A stretch of DNA of 51,017 nucleotides from Patescibacteria group bacterium (GTDB lineage Bacteria > Patescibacteriota > Patescibacteriia > Patescibacteriales > UBA12465): positions 1 to 51,017 of the forward strand of contig JAFGTW010000008.1 in NCBI GenBank assembly GCA_016938835.1. Reading direction: 5' to 3'. A model generated the notes under the pieces. It made no database searches, was not told where the DNA came from, and saw nothing but the letters and a program-made list of their open reading frames with translations. Below are positions 48,592 to 51,017 of this stretch, piece by piece. The position numbers and the translations under genes are program-made. How positions within the stretch are numbered: the stretch's first letter is position 1; every line of letters begins with the position of its first letter.

Positions 48592-49374
48592 ATGTCAAAA
48601 AAAATTACTTTAATTACTGGAGCCTCTTCGGGAATCGGACTAGAATTAGCTTGGGTGTGTGCTCGTAATAATCACGACCTACTCTTAATCGCTCGTCATG
48701 AAGACAAATTACAAGAATTAACCAAAGCTATCAAAGAAAAGTATTCAGTGTCGGTAGATTATTTGCCTTATGATTTAAGTGAAATAAAATCAGCTCAAGA
48801 AATATATAATCACTGTCAAGCAAAAGATTTATTTATTGATGTCTTAATTAATAATGCCGGTTTTGGTGATTGGCGCAAATTTATTGACAGTGACATTAAA
48901 AGACAACTAGATATGATTAATGTAAATATATCTACTCTGGTTTATTTAAGCCATCTTTTTATAAAAGACATGAAAAATAATGGTGGTGGCAAAATAATGA
49001 ATATCGCTTCAGCTGCCGCTTTCCAACCAGGTCCACTAATGAGCGTCTATTACGCTACTAAGGCTTTTGTGCTGCATTTTAGTGAAGCCATAGCCAATGA
49101 ATTAAAAGAAAATAATATAACGGTTACAGCTATTTGTCCGGGACCAACAGCCAGCAATTTTAAAAAGAATGCTAATATTGGTAATAGTCGCCTTATGAAG
49201 AAAAGAAATTTACCCAGCTCAAAAAATGTAGCTGAATTTTCTTATAGAGCCATGAAAAAGGGCAAGGTGGTGGCCATACATGGATTGATTAATATAATCA
49301 TGACAAAATTAGTCAATATTATCCCCCGCTCAATTGTGGTAAAAATGGTGCGGAAAATACAAGAAGAATTTTAG
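48592..49374 (+). CDS. Short-chain dehydrogenase/reductase
   Basis: TGASSGIG, NNAG, YYATK; start moved to ATG 48592. Confidence 0.93.
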   Translation: MSKKITLITGASSGIGLELAWVCARNNHDLLLIARHEDKLQELTKAIKEKYSVSVDYLPYDLSEIKSAQEIYNHCQAKDLFIDVLINNAGFGDWRKFIDSDIKRQLDMINVNISTLVYLSHLFIKDMKNNGGGKIMNIASAAAFQPGPLMSVYYATKAFVLHFSEAIANELKENNITVTAICPGPTASNFKKNANIGNSRLMKKRNLPSSKNVAEFSYRAMKKGKVVAIHGLINIIMTKLVNIIPRSIVVKMVRKIQEEF

Positions 49375-49441
49375 AAAAAAATATTCAAAAAAATCCTCCA
49401 TCATCTGGAGGATTTCTATTTAAGCTTTAACAATTTTTTTC

Positions 49442-49846
49442 TTATTTTTTCTTCTTTTGTAGTTTATATAATTCTTTTGATTTACGCGTAATAACTAGAA
49501 TGGTTAAAACAGCAATATAGGCGGAAATAACTGAGGCTGGTAATTCATAGGCAGCTCCATATATGAAATCTAATGCTAACAAAGTTATAACTATTCCAGT
49601 CCACATAATAACAAAGACTTCTCCAGGGTGACTTTCTTGATGACGATCATACCAACGCTCAAATTCTTTATTACTCACATAAATGGCTAAAATACTAACG
49701 TAAATCGTGGCAATAGCGTTTAAAGCTCCAATATAAGCATTAGCATAGAAAAAGTCAGAGATTATAATAGTAAAAAAAAGAATAGACCAAACATTAATAA
49801 GTCCTCGCCAAAAACGAAATTCATTATTTAAAATATTTAATTTCAT
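49442..49846 (-). CDS. Hypothetical membrane protein
   Basis: 134 aa, about 4 hydrophobic segments. Confidence 0.72.
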   Translation of the reverse strand: MKLNILNNEFRFWRGLINVWSILFFTIIISDFFYANAYIGALNAIATIYVSILAIYVSNKEFERWYDRHQESHPGEVFVIMWTGIVITLLALDFIYGAAYELPASVISAYIAVLTILVITRKSKELYKLQKKKK

Positions 49847-49849
49847 AAA

Positions 49850-50365
49850 TTAAATAGATATTCCTAGCAGGTTTAATAATGGGGTCGCTAAAGGGTCGGC
49901 TGTCAAACCATAAACCATAACACCACCAAGCAAGCCGGTGATAGCAATAGCAATAGCGCCAGCAACCGCTAGTAAAATTAAAATCCAGGTTTGTCCAAAT
50001 AATTTCTTCAACCAAACAACTAAAGGTTTAATGGATTGGAGATATTTTAAATCAAGCCATTCTGGCTTAATAAATATAAGTAATTCAATGATTAATAAAA
50101 TTACATAAATATTAACGGAAGCACCAGCAAAACTTTCATGCATTTCTACTAAACTATGATTAGGATTACTTATATGCTTAGCAATGTCACCAGTGACATT
50201 GGCCAACCAAGCTCCTAATAATCCAACAACCAGCATTATAATTCTCGGTATCTGCCAATCAACTGGTGGAAATTTTTTTGGCCATGGCACTAAACGTAGC
50301 AAAGAATAAAGCAGAAAAAAGGCGATAGGGAAATGTACAAAAATTGGATGTAAATTGTAAGTCAT
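49850..50365 (-). CDS. DUF2231-like membrane protein
   Basis: LHPIFVHFPIA, later His and GGVMVYG; start moved to ATG 50365. Confidence 0.75.
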   Translation of the reverse strand: MTYNLHPIFVHFPIAFFLLYSLLRLVPWPKKFPPVDWQIPRIIMLVVGLLGAWLANVTGDIAKHISNPNHSLVEMHESFAGASVNIYVILLIIELLIFIKPEWLDLKYLQSIKPLVVWLKKLFGQTWILILLAVAGAIAIAITGLLGGVMVYGLTADPLATPLLNLLGISI

Positions 50366-50489
50366 ATTTTTTTGATTATAAAAAAATAATAGCATAAAAT
50401 CGATGAATTAATCTAGTTAAACATCAAATTGCCTGATATAATTACTTGCTAAATAATAACACCTTAACTATAATTAAACCACAATTTCA

Positions 50490-50561
50490 GCCTCCATAGT
50501 TTAATGGATAGAACGCGAGCTTCCGGAGCTTGAGATAGGGGTTCGATTCCCTTTGGGGGCA
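50490..50561 (+). tRNA. tRNA-Arg(CCG)
   Basis: Acceptor GCCTCCA/TGGGGGC, anticodon arm CGAGC-TTCCGGA-GCTTG. Confidence 0.92.
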
Positions 50562-50649
50562 CCTGAATATTATCTGAAAAGACTTTACAAGCTAAAATCT
50601 TTTTGCTAAGATTTTCCCAGTACTGCCATAGCAGTATTATATTAATTTT

Positions 50650-50723
50650 GGATCGGTAGCTCAGTTGGTTAGAGCGCTGCCCTGTCACGGCAGAGGTCGC
50701 GGGTTCGAGTCCCGTCCGTTCCG
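50650..50723 (+). tRNA. tRNA-Asp(GUC)
   Basis: Anticodon arm CTGCC-CTGTCAC-GGCAG, G discriminator; one U-U mismatch in the acceptor stem. Confidence 0.93.
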
Positions 50724-50846
50724 CACTTATAAAAATCGCTTTTCAGGCGATTTTTTGTTATTATAAAATATATAATTCAAGATAATTACAAATCTAATAA
50801 GTAAAATTTGCTTTTTTTATCAAAATATATAAGAATAGATAAATCA

Positions 50847-50933
50847 GGAGAGATGCCAGAGCGGTCGAATGGAACGGTCTTGAAAACCGTCGTCGGTGAG
50901 AGCCGACCGTGGGTTCGAATCCCACTCTCTCCG
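50847..50933 (+). tRNA. tRNA-Ser(UGA)
   Basis: Acceptor GGAGAGA/TCTCTCC, anticodon arm ACGGT-CTTGAAA-ACCGT, long variable arm. Confidence 0.94.
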
Positions 50934-51017
50934 CATTAACAAAAATAAGCTATTACTAGCTTATTTTTTGTTATATAGAGCAGGAAAAAATATTTTTATC
51001 ATAATTAAACTATTTAA

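Noticed and set aside
328-50015. Many 60-130 aa ORFs nested in or antisense to housekeeping genes
   Set aside because: Shadow frames of well-supported genes; no motifs or independent signals
50464-50688. 74-aa minus-strand ORF
   Set aside because: It is antisense to tRNA-Arg and tRNA-Asp
1-51017. Alternative genetic code (UGA recoding as in Gracilibacteria/SR1)
   Set aside because: Conserved genes translate full length in the standard bacterial code

Overview
AT-rich bacterial chromosomal segment, mostly housekeeping. It is probably from a Patescibacteria/CPR (Parcubacteria-like) genome; this is inferred from the alpha2-type GlyRS, tRNA-Ile(UAU), the near-absence of Shine-Dalgarno motifs, the divergent 16S 3' end and the double-ATPase PilB. 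It holds the 3' end of a 16S rRNA gene not followed by 23S, genes for six aminoacyl-tRNA synthetases (trpS, pheS/pheT, valS, glyS, argS, tyrS), ten tRNAs, der, pth, dprA-topA, uvrA, tsaD, ychF, rpsF-ssb-rpsR-efp and cell-envelope genes. The best leads lie outside the ORF track: (1) a T-box riboswitch with an apparently truncated stem I in front of an orphan trpB-trpS pair; (2) structured elements behind tRNA-Glu and tRNA-Pro that carry antisense copies of their own T-arm, one also duplicating the tRNA 3' end; (3) three promoter-driven structured ncRNA candidates (~7986-8092, ~22611-22786, ~39541-39878), the last under DnaA boxes; (4) a 52-aa histone-H1-like gene with a 13-nt complement to the 16S tail, where other inspected starts lack an SD; (5) an operon joining a tandem-ATPase PilB, a translin/TRAX-like nuclease and a metallophosphoesterase. 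No CRISPR, integrase or transposase was seen. All folds and family calls are by eye, not computed.
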